64,000 nt of DNA from sequence record SRR2962707_3586, one strand, 5' to 3'. Positions 1-10,783 of the stretch are shown here, in pieces (the first letter of the stretch is position 1; every line of letters begins with the position of its first letter). Made by a program: the position numbers and the translations under genes. The notes beneath the pieces are model-generated. The model was not told the origin of the DNA and searched no databases. It was given only the letters and a program-made list of their open reading frames with translations.

Positions 1-11
1 AAAAAAAGGAA

Positions 12-3000
12 TTGAAAATGCGGGAGGAAACATCTGGTTTGAGTCGAATCAAGGTCAGGGGACTACCTTCTACATTTCTATGCCTTTGGCTGATCCTTCA
101 GCTATTCCCGCATAATGGATATTCCCAAAATTTGAAATGTAGGGCTATACCAGCTAATCAGTGGGTTTTACTCGATTCGATAGCTATTGAGCCGGGTTCA
201 ATATCAACGAATTTTCCTTATCAATTTAACGATTCCACACGCATGATTTCGGTTGAGGCTCCAGATGATTCAGTTGAGGTTTGCTATCGCATTCTTTCTT
301 CTTTTCTCACTAAATCGTATCAGAATAGAGATCTATCACTTTATGATGATTCAGGAAATCGTCCAGTGATCAGATCTGTTAACCCGCCCATAGAAAAGGA
401 AGAGCTGTTTGAATTTGGAAGTGTCGAGAAATATGGGGCGATTACAAGAGGGGTTTCATTTGGCAATCGACAAAACTTGTTTGTCAATTCATCCCTAAAC
501 CTTCAAATGGAAGGAAAATTGGATGATAATCTTAACATCTCGGCAGTCATCACCGATCAGAATATACCGTATCAACCTGAAGGTAACACCCAGCAAATAC
601 GCGATTTTGATAATGTCTTCATCAAAATATACAATGATGATTTTGATGTAACTGCCGGTGATATCGTCCTGCAACAGCCTGAAGATGCTGGTTACTTTCT
701 TAAGTATTATAAAAACATTCAAGGTCTTCAAGTAGGAGTAAAGGGAGGGGATAAGTGGCGTCATGAATCCAGGGTTTCAGGAGCATTATCCAAGGGGAAG
801 TTCAATTCAGCATTGATTCCACCAATCGATGGTTTATCAGGCCCATATAAGCTTAGAGGGCCCAACGGTGAACGATTTATCATTATCATGGCAAATTCTG
901 AAAAGGTATTTCTCGATGGAAAGCTACTTGAGCGAGGTTTTGACCGGGACTACATCATTGATTACAACCTGGGTGAAATTACCTTCAATAATCACCTTGT
1001 GATCACTCAATTTTCTATCATAAGGGTTGATTATGAATACGCAGAGCAGTTTTATAGTCGATCGAATATATCAGCTTACCAATCAGTCGAAAATGACAGA
1101 GTAAGCTTCTTTGCTAATTATTATCGTGAAAAGGATAATCCTAATGACAACCTGGGATTCGTTATCGGGGAAGATGACCGTCAGCAACTTCGCTCGATTG
1201 GGGACAATACTGATCAGGCTTTTATCACAGGATATGATTCGGTTCAATTCACAGAAGGAAGGGTGCTATATGAACAAATCGACACGTTGGATCTTGATGG
1301 AAATTTACAAACCATATTTATCTACTCAGTTAATGCAGGTGAAACACTTTACAGCCCAACCTTCTCCGATGTGGGTTTTGGAAATGGAAACTACATATTG
1401 CGCAATAGCAGTACTAATGGTCGAGTGTTTGAGTGGGTTTCACCTAAAAATGGTCAACGCCAGGGTAATTATCAGCCTGGGGCATTTGTGCCATTACCGA
1501 ACAAACGGCAGCTAATTACTTTAGGCAGTATCGTTCAATTGTCAGATTATGAGGAGATTAAACTAGAAGTAGCCTTGTCTGATAGAGACAATAATCTTTA
1601 CTCTGATCTACAGGATGAGGACAATCAGAGCTCAGCCTATTTTACTTCGATTGCTACTAAAAACAGACCTTCATTCATTGAAGGATATCATTGGGATGGC
1701 TCTATTTCGGTAGAGTATGATCAAAAGGACTTCACATTTATTGATAGATATCGATCGATTTTGTTCGATAGAGACTGGAATCACGATCCAACAAACGCTG
1801 CTGTTTCCGAAGATCTACTGGTTTTTGGAAAAATCGGATTGGTGAAAGATCCATTGAATACTGTCTCCCTGGCAATCAATAGAAGGAAAAGAGGTGAATT
1901 CATTGATGGATGGCAACAGGAGGTGATGCTTAACCAGGAAGTTGGGGCTTTTGATTTTCAATCCAGGCATTTCCATTTGGCAAATGATCAGTTGGATACG
2001 GAAACTAGCTGGCTTAGATCAACTTCAGATTTGAGTTTCAGAAAATGGGGAATTGTACCAGGAGTAATCTATGAAGTGGATGAAAATGAAGTTTCTCGTC
2101 AGGATAGCGTCATAAGCACCTTGATGAACTATAGGGCTCAAGAGTTTTACCTTACAAATAATGACTCTACTCGCTCATCTTTCAGGATTGGCTATCGTCT
2201 GCGTCAGGATAAACTTCCTGTAAATGGAGATCTCCAGGAGTATCTCTACTCTAAAAACCTGACAGGTTCTTATGCGATAAAGGGGAATAATGGTCGTTTG
2301 ACACTTGATTTCAATTATCGTAAAGTAGATGATAAGTTGAAGCTCAATCTTGGGCAAGATGAAGTGATCAACGGGAGAATGAATTGGAATCAGTCATTTT
2401 TCAAACGCCAGTTGACACATAACTTTTCTTTTAGTACAGGTAATAGTCGTGAGTTGAGGAGGGAGTTTATTTACCTGCCGGTGACTACAGGTGAAGGAAC
2501 ACATACCTGGCGGGATTTAAACAATGATGGCATCCAGGATTTAAATGAATTCTTCGAGGCAATTAATCCGGATGAACGAAACTATGTGAAGATATTTACT
2601 CCTACAGATGATTACATCACTTCCTTTCAGACCTTTTATGTGCACACCATAGATGCAAGAATGCCTTTCTCGTGGAGAAACCAAGGAGGAGTCAAAGCGT
2701 TCGTCTCTAAAGTCTCACTGAATATAAACTTCAATATCAATTTTAAAACGACTTCCGATTCGTATTCCGATCGACTTAATCCATTTGGGATTCATTTGGG
2801 AGACGATCAATTGCTTTCGACACAGGATTCCAAGCGCTACACTGTATTCTATAATCGTAATGGACGAGGTTTTGGTGCTGATTTCACCAATCAAACTTCG
2901 GACAATAAGCAATTGCTGGTACAAGGATTTGAGACCCGGGAAAAGGAGGAATGGATTTCCAATTTCAAAGTTGACATAACTCCGGATTATACTTTTCGGA

Positions 3001-3470
3001 TGACTTCAACTTTTGGCAATCAGTTGAATCAATCTGATTTTCTTGATTCAAGAAATTTTGAAATTGTAACGGTGATTTACAGACCTCAGTTGATCTGGCT
3101 GCCTACAAATCACATTCGAGTGATAGGAAGCTATGAGAGAAAAAACAGACAAAATGAGTTTACTGAAACATCCGACGAACGGGCTACTTTGCAGTCTTAT
3201 ACCGGAGAGTTAACCTGGAATCAGACCACTAAGGGATCATTGAGAGCCACTTTTTCAATCGTAAATATTGACTTCACGGGCGATTCCGGTACCTATTTAG
3301 GATATCTACTACTTGATGCGTTGCAACCTGGAACCAATCAAACATGGCAGGTTAATTGGCAACAAAGATTGTCAAAGGGGATGCAGCTTTCCATTCTTTA
3401 CAATGGTAGAAAATCGGAGAATAGTGGGGCTATTCATACCGGAAATGTGCAGGTGACAGCTTTCTTTTAG
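12..3470 (+). CDS. Large hypothetical outer-membrane (beta-barrel-like) protein; start uncertain
   Basis: 1152 aa ORF, hydrophobic signal-like N-terminus, alternating beta-strand pattern, C-terminal ...VQVTAFF (terminal Phe), SprA-like motif LERGFDRDYIIDYNLGEITF. Confidence 0.7.
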   Translation: MKMREETSGLSRIKVRGLPSTFLCLWLILQLFPHNGYSQNLKCRAIPANQWVLLDSIAIEPGSISTNFPYQFNDSTRMISVEAPDDSVEVCYRILSSFLTKSYQNRDLSLYDDSGNRPVIRSVNPPIEKEELFEFGSVEKYGAITRGVSFGNRQNLFVNSSLNLQMEGKLDDNLNISAVITDQNIPYQPEGNTQQIRDFDNVFIKIYNDDFDVTAGDIVLQQPEDAGYFLKYYKNIQGLQVGVKGGDKWRHESRVSGALSKGKFNSALIPPIDGLSGPYKLRGPNGERFIIIMANSEKVFLDGKLLERGFDRDYIIDYNLGEITFNNHLVITQFSIIRVDYEYAEQFYSRSNISAYQSVENDRVSFFANYYREKDNPNDNLGFVIGEDDRQQLRSIGDNTDQAFITGYDSVQFTEGRVLYEQIDTLDLDGNLQTIFIYSVNAGETLYSPTFSDVGFGNGNYILRNSSTNGRVFEWVSPKNGQRQGNYQPGAFVPLPNKRQLITLGSIVQLSDYEEIKLEVALSDRDNNLYSDLQDEDNQSSAYFTSIATKNRPSFIEGYHWDGSISVEYDQKDFTFIDRYRSILFDRDWNHDPTNAAVSEDLLVFGKIGLVKDPLNTVSLAINRRKRGEFIDGWQQEVMLNQEVGAFDFQSRHFHLANDQLDTETSWLRSTSDLSFRKWGIVPGVIYEVDENEVSRQDSVISTLMNYRAQEFYLTNNDSTRSSFRIGYRLRQDKLPVNGDLQEYLYSKNLTGSYAIKGNNGRLTLDFNYRKVDDKLKLNLGQDEVINGRMNWNQSFFKRQLTHNFSFSTGNSRELRREFIYLPVTTGEGTHTWRDLNNDGIQDLNEFFEAINPDERNYVKIFTPTDDYITSFQTFYVHTIDARMPFSWRNQGGVKAFVSKVSLNINFNINFKTTSDSYSDRLNPFGIHLGDDQLLSTQDSKRYTVFYNRNGRGFGADFTNQTSDNKQLLVQGFETREKEEWISNFKVDITPDYTFRMTSTFGNQLNQSDFLDSRNFEIVTVIYRPQLIWLPTNHIRVIGSYERKNRQNEFTETSDERATLQSYTGELTWNQTTKGSLRATFSIVNIDFTGDSGTYLGYLLLDALQPGTNQTWQVNWQQRLSKGMQLSILYNGRKSENSGAIHTGNVQVTAFF

Positions 3471-3485
3471 ATACTTAATCAAGGA

Positions 3486-4511
3486 TCAAAGCCGATGAAT
3501 AAACGCAGGACAATTCAGCCTTCGCTGTGATTTTGGAGGTTTGTAACGACTCCTTGGGATTTTGAAATTGTAGATCAAAGCAAACTCATGTGAACCACCT
3601 CCAGCAACAGGATCGAGTCTTGAAAGATTCAAATCGAAACTATAGGCAAACTCAAAATTCAGATATTCAAACCCTGCCAATACGATCACAGCATCCTGGT
3701 TGATTCTTCCGAAAGAGTCGTTGATGATCGGCATGCCTCGGTAGTAAAGTCCTATGATTACTGGCTGCAAGTGCACAGAAGCTCCGGCATCTATTTGTTG
3801 AAAATTGCCTTGTCTCCTATAAAGAATGCTTGGAGCTATAGTAGGAGTGATGGTGCCGATTGGCACCACTTTTTGCAACGGAAACCTGCTTCCAATGTGA
3901 ACAGAATACCGAACTGGTAACACATCAGAACCTTCTAGCAGTGATCGGTTAGGTCGGGTAAGGTGATCAATTGCCAATCCAATCCAATGTTTTTTGGTAT
4001 AAATAAGAAATCCTGTTCCTATGTCCCAATGATTCTTTAATCTGATTGAATTAATCTGTGGATCTTGAGAAGGAGTGCCGTCCACTCCAAAATCAACCTG
4101 ATCACCTAGTACCAGTTTAGTTCGGTCGATATCTCTAAAGACATATCCAAATTTCAAGGCAGGTCTTAAAACCACCTTATCGTTCAGATTAACATTATAT
4201 GAGTATATGAACGAAACGGTAGTATTCTTTAATCCGGCGGTACCTTGTTGATCCTGATGGATCATTGCCCCAAATCCGCTGTTGATATTGTCTCCATTGT
4301 AATCCAGGGAAACAGTGGAATTCGTAAAAGCCTGCGGTAGACTTGGCCATTGGATTCGATGAATGACCACAGCCCGTGTGTTTGGTGCAGTTCCTGCAAA
4401 GGCAGGGTTGAGATACAGCGGATTCGAATAGAATTGAGAATATTGGGCATCTTGAGATATGGCCCATATTGAGTTGACAAGGAATGCAGCAAGCAGTAGT
4501 GATTTCTTCAT
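3486..4511 (-). CDS. PorP/SprF family T9SS membrane protein
   Basis: QDAQYSQFYSNPLYLNPAFAG N-terminal signature, R.QW motif, GGSHE near C-terminus. Confidence 0.95.
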   Translation of the reverse strand: MKKSLLLAAFLVNSIWAISQDAQYSQFYSNPLYLNPAFAGTAPNTRAVVIHRIQWPSLPQAFTNSTVSLDYNGDNINSGFGAMIHQDQQGTAGLKNTTVSFIYSYNVNLNDKVVLRPALKFGYVFRDIDRTKLVLGDQVDFGVDGTPSQDPQINSIRLKNHWDIGTGFLIYTKKHWIGLAIDHLTRPNRSLLEGSDVLPVRYSVHIGSRFPLQKVVPIGTITPTIAPSILYRRQGNFQQIDAGASVHLQPVIIGLYYRGMPIINDSFGRINQDAVIVLAGFEYLNFEFAYSFDLNLSRLDPVAGGGSHEFALIYNFKIPRSRYKPPKSQRRLNCPAFIHRL

Positions 4512-7500
4512 CGTATTAACGTAACGTCCCCCACTTTTACAACATCCTGTCCGTCAGAATATCTTAGCTCCAGTTTGTAGACGTAAACCCCTGAGGGGGC
4601 TAGCCTGTTGTTAAAGTACCCATCCCAACCAGTGTTTTGGGAGTTACTCTCAAATATTAGTTGTCCCCATTGATTGAAAATCAACATTCGGAACTTTTCA
4701 ACTCCTTCTAGTTGTGGTAAGAATATGTCATTAATTTGTGATGGATCACCACTGCCATTTGGGTCTACATTTCCTCCCGAAGGACCGTTTAAGCTAGGAG
4801 TGAAGGCATTTGGTGTATTTACCTGTCCTCCTGATATTGCTTCAACTTCTGCCGAGCGGAAGAGGGTATCAACACATCCAAAATCATTGGAGGCAATTAG
4901 TGTTATGTCATAGAATCCTTCATTTGTAAAGGCATGACTTGGACTTTCTTCGATTGAAGTACTACCATCACCAAAGTCCCAGAAGAAGTTTGTGGCATTT
5001 TCACTTAAATTCTTAAAAACAGCTTCTTGATCAGGTATGAAAACTACCCTTGCTGAAACAAGGAAATCAGCAAATGGCCTTCCATATACGTTGATATAGT
5101 CGTCTCTTTCTATTTCTGAAGTTTCTCCAACCTCATTCTCACCTCTTAATCGCACACTGAAGCTTCCGTCCTGGAAGAAAGTATGAGTCGGGTTGTCTGC
5201 TCTGGAAATACTTCCATCTCCAAATTCCCATAGAAATTCGCCTTCTACTGCATACTGTGAAAGGTTGGTGAATTGTACTGTCAATGGTGCACATCCCTCT
5301 AGTATATCTGCTTCAAAATCAAGTATTGGTGCGGTAGGGAAAACAGTCAAGGATTGAGATGTCTCAACGGTACAAAAAGCATCGGTTACCTCGAGTGTAA
5401 TTTGGTAGGTTCCAAATCGATCATAAATATGAGTTCCGGGATTCTGATCTGTAGAGGTAGAACCATCTCCAAAATCCCATAAATAAGTAAAGCCTGTTCC
5501 TGTAGAACTGTTATTTGTTATTGTTATGGTATTGTCAGGTAATTGTAGTTCCGTTGGATTAATGACGAAATCAGCAACAATTGCGGGGCGTTCTTTCTCA
5601 ATAGTTTCGATCGTGATTTCAGGATCACTATCGCAAGAGGCTAGATTGGTCGTCACAAGGCTGATGGTCACATTGAAGTCATTTCCGGTATTCGCCTGAC
5701 GATTGTAAGCTACCTGTATTTGATCCGTGCCACCAACCGTGATATCAGGAGCAGGATTAAAGGACCATTGGTAATCAGCTAAACCCTTCTGATCAGCTTC
5801 CAGGGACAAGATCACCTGCTCGCAATCATCTTCTCGTGAGAGCGTATAAGTGCCGATCGGTTGAGGGCTGATTTGAATATTGAAGGTATCATTTGAGATA
5901 CAGACACCCGCTTTCTCCGCTTCCAGTACCATCTGATAGTTCACACTTGTTGCAGAAGTATTTTCTATGTTATAGTCCAGTAGGTTGAAGTTTGGATCGG
6001 TGCTTGGAACAACAATAGGATAGCCCGCCAAAGCTCCATTTGCATCAAGCAAAGTCCAGGTGTATTGGTCAGCATTGAGATCAATGGTTGCCTGGTCTAC
6101 GACCATCGTGCTCATCCACGGTGAGCAATTATTGTTAAAGAAATTGTAGGAAGGATCAGAGAAACCGGCCTGTTCATCAGGTGAAATGCGAAAAATAAGC
6201 AAGTTGCTCAAGGTTGTGCAACCATCATCCGAAGTAGCCAGAATTTGCGCCCGATAAGTCCTCGTGGTATCATCCGGATTATCAAATGTTAGCAATGTAT
6301 TTACATCCGTCAGTGGAGTAGAGGAGCTAAAACCTGAAGGTACATGAGTTACTTCCAATGAGTAGGAGGTAGGGAGCGAAGGATTGGAGGAATTATTGGT
6401 GAAGGTAATAATGTCCCCGGGACAGATGTCGGTAACTGCATCATGAGCTAAGAGGGCATCTGGATTAGGATTGATGCTGACCGTTTGCGTGATAATGTCT
6501 GAGCATCCTCCCTTGCTGGTTGTCATTCGAAGTGCTACTGTGTAATCTCCGGCAACTGAAGTTCCTGGTTCAATTCCCGTTGCAATATCAGTGCCGTCAA
6601 GAAACCAATCAAAGTCCGAATTGTCAGCTTGAATTAACTCAACATTAAAGGTGCCATCAAAGCTGAAATCCCATTCGTAAGTGTTTACAAAATCATCGTT
6701 CACCTGAGTAGTTAGTGATGTTATGGCATCTGCTATAGCAGAAAAGCTGGTTCTTTCTCCCTCACAAGCCTCATTGGATGAAAATGTTGGTTGTGGTCGA
6801 CCATAAACGAAGACGGTATCTTCCGCTACGCTTCCGCACAAGGTCAAAGCATTTCTAGCGATGAGTCTGACGATTACATATTCTTCATTAGAAAAATCTC
6901 TGGTGAAATCAGCAATATTGGCCGTGGTATAAACACCACCAGCTGGTTCAGTGTCATCCGGCATACCACTTGTTGGTGGATTGCCCTGGACATAGAACTC
7001 ATACAATAGTTCCGTGTTCGGTACCAAGACGGTATTATCTCTAAACCCCACAGTAAACACAACGCCTCCGGTTTGACAAAAATCAGGGTTGACAGTTGCT
7101 CCAAATACTCCATCATAAAAATCGAATTGGGCTACTGCATCAGGTGACATATTAATGATATCATCAAAAGTTACCACACACACACCATCAGCATTAGGAT
7201 CTGTCGCAATCAATCGAACCAGTTTTTGACCACCTGTATCGAAGCTGTAAGTCGGATTTGTCGCATTCGAAGTGTTTACAATTGGATCCGTATCATTAGG
7301 TCCATCATAAAACTCCCAAGTATAATTGTACGGACCACCTGCCGTTTGATTATCAAAGTATATGTCGGTATTAATGCAAAACTCTGCCAGTGATGCTCCT
7401 CCGGGTCCACCGTCCCGCGCAACAAAAGAGGGAGCCGGTGGTGGAATAATTGTGATTACCACAACCTCAGAAACAGCATCTTCATAATTGGGATTCGCAT

Positions 7501-8380
7501 CAATCCCATTGTATGGATTACATGTGTTCCAATTAAACATGGTGATTTCAAACGTGCTTCCTACCACATTCAAAGCATTTGCTGCCGCGGAGACAGGAAG
7601 TGAAATGTTGTTAGGAGCATCGGCTGGGAATGGAACTTCAAGTACTTCTCCAAAGTATGCCCCTGTAATCATGAGCCCGGCCGTACCTCGAGTTTCTGGG
7701 GTAGATAGGTTACCAGCTCCATCTGTGAGAATTTGTGTGCCCAAGTCTTCGAGTGTTACATCTCTAATTCTACCTACAGCCGGTGCTGCATCGGTTCCGT
7801 ACACAAATTGCGTCCATCTGGATATCTGATTGGGATTGTCCGGATTATCAATGATGTTGCAATTGAACGTAGAAGCATCACTAAAACTTATATTGGTTAT
7901 ATCAGTGTTTTCACAAACATTGTAAGCTCCAGGATTGATGGCGACTATTCCACCGTTTTCATTGTCTACATTCCACGATGGAACAATTTGCGTTTGTTCA
8001 GAAGTTTCACATAAGTCGCCGTTTACGATAACATATGCTTGTGCTTCAAAAAAGCACTCTGGTCCGGTATCCGGATATGGAAAAGGAGAGGCGGTAGCCT
8101 GATAGGTTCGATCTGCATTAGATACGATTAGCCCTGACCCCAAAGCAATTGTTTCGGTAGTATTTGCGGGATCATTCCATACAAATTGAATTTGGATTTG
8201 AGAAGGTATTTGAGCTGCGTTGAATGTATAAGTGACCTCAAAAGTATTGACCGTGACAGGGGCACAGGTTCCGTCTGCACTGAAATCAACGCTTATAGTA
8301 GTGCTGAGTAGGCTACATTGGCTATAGCTCATCAGGCCAACAAAGGCCAGTGTTATGGTGAGAGAGAGACGGGCGATCAT
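4508..8380 (-). CDS. Multi-PKD-domain T9SS substrate with type B (gliding-motility-associated) CTD
   Basis: Repeated W(D/E)FGDG..S...P.H PKD motifs; C-terminal PNAFTP...NDIF.P...IFNQWGQLIF..GWDG..GVYVY..GDVTLIR; ATG 8380 gives a signal peptide (ORF track starts at TTG 8401). Confidence 0.92.
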   Translation of the reverse strand: MIARLSLTITLAFVGLMSYSQCSLLSTTISVDFSADGTCAPVTVNTFEVTYTFNAAQIPSQIQIQFVWNDPANTTETIALGSGLIVSNADRTYQATASPFPYPDTGPECFFEAQAYVIVNGDLCETSEQTQIVPSWNVDNENGGIVAINPGAYNVCENTDITNISFSDASTFNCNIIDNPDNPNQISRWTQFVYGTDAAPAVGRIRDVTLEDLGTQILTDGAGNLSTPETRGTAGLMITGAYFGEVLEVPFPADAPNNISLPVSAAANALNVVGSTFEITMFNWNTCNPYNGIDANPNYEDAVSEVVVITIIPPPAPSFVARDGGPGGASLAEFCINTDIYFDNQTAGGPYNYTWEFYDGPNDTDPIVNTSNATNPTYSFDTGGQKLVRLIATDPNADGVCVVTFDDIINMSPDAVAQFDFYDGVFGATVNPDFCQTGGVVFTVGFRDNTVLVPNTELLYEFYVQGNPPTSGMPDDTEPAGGVYTTANIADFTRDFSNEEYVIVRLIARNALTLCGSVAEDTVFVYGRPQPTFSSNEACEGERTSFSAIADAITSLTTQVNDDFVNTYEWDFSFDGTFNVELIQADNSDFDWFLDGTDIATGIEPGTSVAGDYTVALRMTTSKGGCSDIITQTVSINPNPDALLAHDAVTDICPGDIITFTNNSSNPSLPTSYSLEVTHVPSGFSSSTPLTDVNTLLTFDNPDDTTRTYRAQILATSDDGCTTLSNLLIFRISPDEQAGFSDPSYNFFNNNCSPWMSTMVVDQATIDLNADQYTWTLLDANGALAGYPIVVPSTDPNFNLLDYNIENTSATSVNYQMVLEAEKAGVCISNDTFNIQISPQPIGTYTLSREDDCEQVILSLEADQKGLADYQWSFNPAPDITVGGTDQIQVAYNRQANTGNDFNVTISLVTTNLASCDSDPEITIETIEKERPAIVADFVINPTELQLPDNTITITNNSSTGTGFTYLWDFGDGSTSTDQNPGTHIYDRFGTYQITLEVTDAFCTVETSQSLTVFPTAPILDFEADILEGCAPLTVQFTNLSQYAVEGEFLWEFGDGSISRADNPTHTFFQDGSFSVRLRGENEVGETSEIERDDYINVYGRPFADFLVSARVVFIPDQEAVFKNLSENATNFFWDFGDGSTSIEESPSHAFTNEGFYDITLIASNDFGCVDTLFRSAEVEAISGGQVNTPNAFTPSLNGPSGGNVDPNGSGDPSQINDIFLPQLEGVEKFRMLIFNQWGQLIFESNSQNTGWDGYFNNRLAPSGVYVYKLELRYSDGQDVVKVGDVTLIR

Positions 8381-8507
8381 TAGTTGAATAGAAATATTCA
8401 AAGAACGAATTTAAACATTCGAATATTTCTATAATGATAAAATTAGATAATTATTGTGCCAGAATGCAATATTCTGTGTTATCAAATTTGATAATGCCGG
8501 ATTGGGA

Positions 8508-9260
8508 CTAAATTTTGCCTTTGGCCATTTTCATGAGTCGGCCGGCAAATACGAATTCATTCAATTCATGAACATCTGAATCGCCGATTTCATCATTGGT
8601 TCCGCTCCAAAGGACGTGTCCCTGGTGCATGAAATTGACTTTGTCACCAATTTCTAAAACCGAGTTCATATCGTGCGAGACAACTACGGTGGTCATCTCA
8701 TATTCATCTGTGATGTCTTTGATAAGGTTGTCAATCCTGATGGATGTTTGCGGATCCAGTCCTGAATTCGGCTCGTCGCAAAAGAGATAGTTTGGTTTGG
8801 TGACAATGGCCCGGGCAATTCCAACACGCTTTTTCATACCTCCAGATATTTCAGAAGGCATCTTCTTGTTTACATTTTCAAGATCAACCCGTTCCAGACA
8901 AAAATTGACTCGCTCAAGTTTTTCATCGTATTGTTGTTTGGTAAGTACATTAAGAGGGAACATGACATTTTCTTCCACAGTGAGACTGTCAAAAAGCGCC
9001 CCCCCCTGGAAGAGCATGCCCATTTCGCGTCTTACCTCTGTTTGAAGTTCTTTATTGGCTCTGGTAAATTCCCTATTGTTGAAGGACACATCACCTGTGT
9101 CCGGTTTGATTAGACCGACAATGCATTTAAGCAAAACACTTTTCCCGGTACCACTCGCACCAATAATCATATTGACCTTACCTTTTTCATAGAGCATGCT
9201 GATATCATGCAATACTTGCTTATCGCCAAAGGTCTTAGCTATGTTTTTAACTTCAATCAT
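8508..9260 (-). CDS. mlaF: ABC transporter ATP-binding protein, MlaF/Mkl family
   Basis: Walker A GASGTGKS, ISGGMKKRVGIARA, DEPNSGLDP; coupled to MlaE-like permease. Confidence 0.88.
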   Translation of the reverse strand: MIEVKNIAKTFGDKQVLHDISMLYEKGKVNMIIGASGTGKSVLLKCIVGLIKPDTGDVSFNNREFTRANKELQTEVRREMGMLFQGGALFDSLTVEENVMFPLNVLTKQQYDEKLERVNFCLERVDLENVNKKMPSEISGGMKKRVGIARAIVTKPNYLFCDEPNSGLDPQTSIRIDNLIKDITDEYEMTTVVVSHDMNSVLEIGDKVNFMHQGHVLWSGTNDEIGDSDVHELNEFVFAGRLMKMAKGKI

Positions 9261-10000
9261 GGAGTCAATAGAGGGGCTAATAGGTAAGCAAGTAGATAGT
9301 CACTAGCAAGAATTGCAATACAACTACTGGTCACCGCATTGGTACTTGACTGGCCTACTTCAAGCGCTCCACCTGTAGTGAAAAATCCTTTGTATGAGCT
9401 GATAGCTGCCACTATGAACCCAAAAACCACTGCTTTAATTAATGCAAAGGTGACCTGGAATGGAATGAAGTCCATCTGAATTCCGAGAATGTAGTCATTA
9501 CCAGAAATAACACCAGTAATGAGAGCAGTAAGGTATCCACCATAAATTGATATGAAAGCCGCCATGATTACTAAAACCGGGAACATCAGAACAGATGCGA
9601 TGATTTTTGGTAACACCAGGTAGGACGTGGCGTTGATCCCCATTACCTCAAGCGCATCGACTTGTTCGGTTATTTTCATGGTACCCAATTCCCCTGCAAT
9701 GTTGGAGCCAACTTTACCAGCATAGACGATTGCGGTAATGGTTGGTGCTAGTTCAATCAATGTCATATCTCTTACCACAAGTGCAATGATAGGATCTGCT
9801 ATTAATGGCGAAATAAGATTGTATGCGGTTTGAACGGTTGTTACCGCACCCATGAATGCTGAAACAATGGCCACAATAAATACAGAGTTGTAGCCAACCT
9901 TAATACTTTCATCAACTATTCTTGCCAGATAGGTGCCAAATGACTCCCTCCTTACAAAGAGTTGACCGATGAATATGACGAATTTTCCTAGGCTCTTCAT
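9257..10000 (-). CDS. mlaE: ABC transporter permease, MlaE family
   Basis: ELAP..AGKVGS..A.ELGTMKITEQVDALEVMG signature. Confidence 0.92.
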   Translation of the reverse strand: MKSLGKFVIFIGQLFVRRESFGTYLARIVDESIKVGYNSVFIVAIVSAFMGAVTTVQTAYNLISPLIADPIIALVVRDMTLIELAPTITAIVYAGKVGSNIAGELGTMKITEQVDALEVMGINATSYLVLPKIIASVLMFPVLVIMAAFISIYGGYLTALITGVISGNDYILGIQMDFIPFQVTFALIKAVVFGFIVAAISSYKGFFTTGGALEVGQSSTNAVTSSCIAILASDYLLAYLLAPLLTP

Positions 10001-10066
10001 GAATTGCCGGCTATCAGATTGTTAGCTTTGTCAAACATAACACCTTAAGGAATAACCAAAAAAATA

Positions 10067-10783
10067 ATGATGAATAATTCAGAGAGATTGGTTGTAGTAA
10101 CCGGAGGAACAAAGGGGATCGGCAAGTCCATCATCCATCGATTTGCAGCAGATGGATTCCCTATAGCTACCTGTGCCAGGAGTGAGCATGATCTTACCTT
10201 ATTAAGGGAAGAGATCAATCAGGCTCATGATCAGTTGATTCACACCTATGCAGCAGATCTATCCACTAAGAGCGGTGTTAAGGATTTCATTGAATTTATC
10301 CGAATGACTGGTCAGTCTGTTGAGATACTGATTAATAATACTGGAGTATTTGTGCCAGGTCTGGTGCATGAAGAAGAAGATGGGGTTCTGGAAAAGATGA
10401 TCAACACCAACCTGTATAGTGCGTATCATATGTCCAGAGGGATTATACCACAAATGAAGAAGGATCGAAGTGGGCATATTTTCAACTTGTGTTCTGTGGC
10501 CAGCTTAAAGGCCTACCCAAATGGAGGTTCATATTCCATATCAAAATTTGCGCTTTACGGTTTTTCACAGGCTCTGAGAGAAGAATTAAAATCGTTTAAC
10601 ATTCGGGTGACATCAATTCTTGCCGGAGCAGTAAAAACCCCAAGTTGGGATGGAGTAGATTTACCGGAGGATCGTTTCATGAAACCTGAAGATATCGCAG
10701 AAACCATTCATGCGACTTATCGGTTGAGTGAGCGAACTGTGGTTGAAGATATTGTCTTAAGACCTCAATTAGGTGATATATGA
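10067..10783 (+). CDS. Short-chain dehydrogenase/reductase
   Basis: TGGTKGIG cofactor motif, INNTG, YSISK catalytic YxxxK. Confidence 0.92.
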   Translation: MMNNSERLVVVTGGTKGIGKSIIHRFAADGFPIATCARSEHDLTLLREEINQAHDQLIHTYAADLSTKSGVKDFIEFIRMTGQSVEILINNTGVFVPGLVHEEEDGVLEKMINTNLYSAYHMSRGIIPQMKKDRSGHIFNLCSVASLKAYPNGGSYSISKFALYGFSQALREELKSFNIRVTSILAGAVKTPSWDGVDLPEDRFMKPEDIAETIHATYRLSERTVVEDIVLRPQLGDI

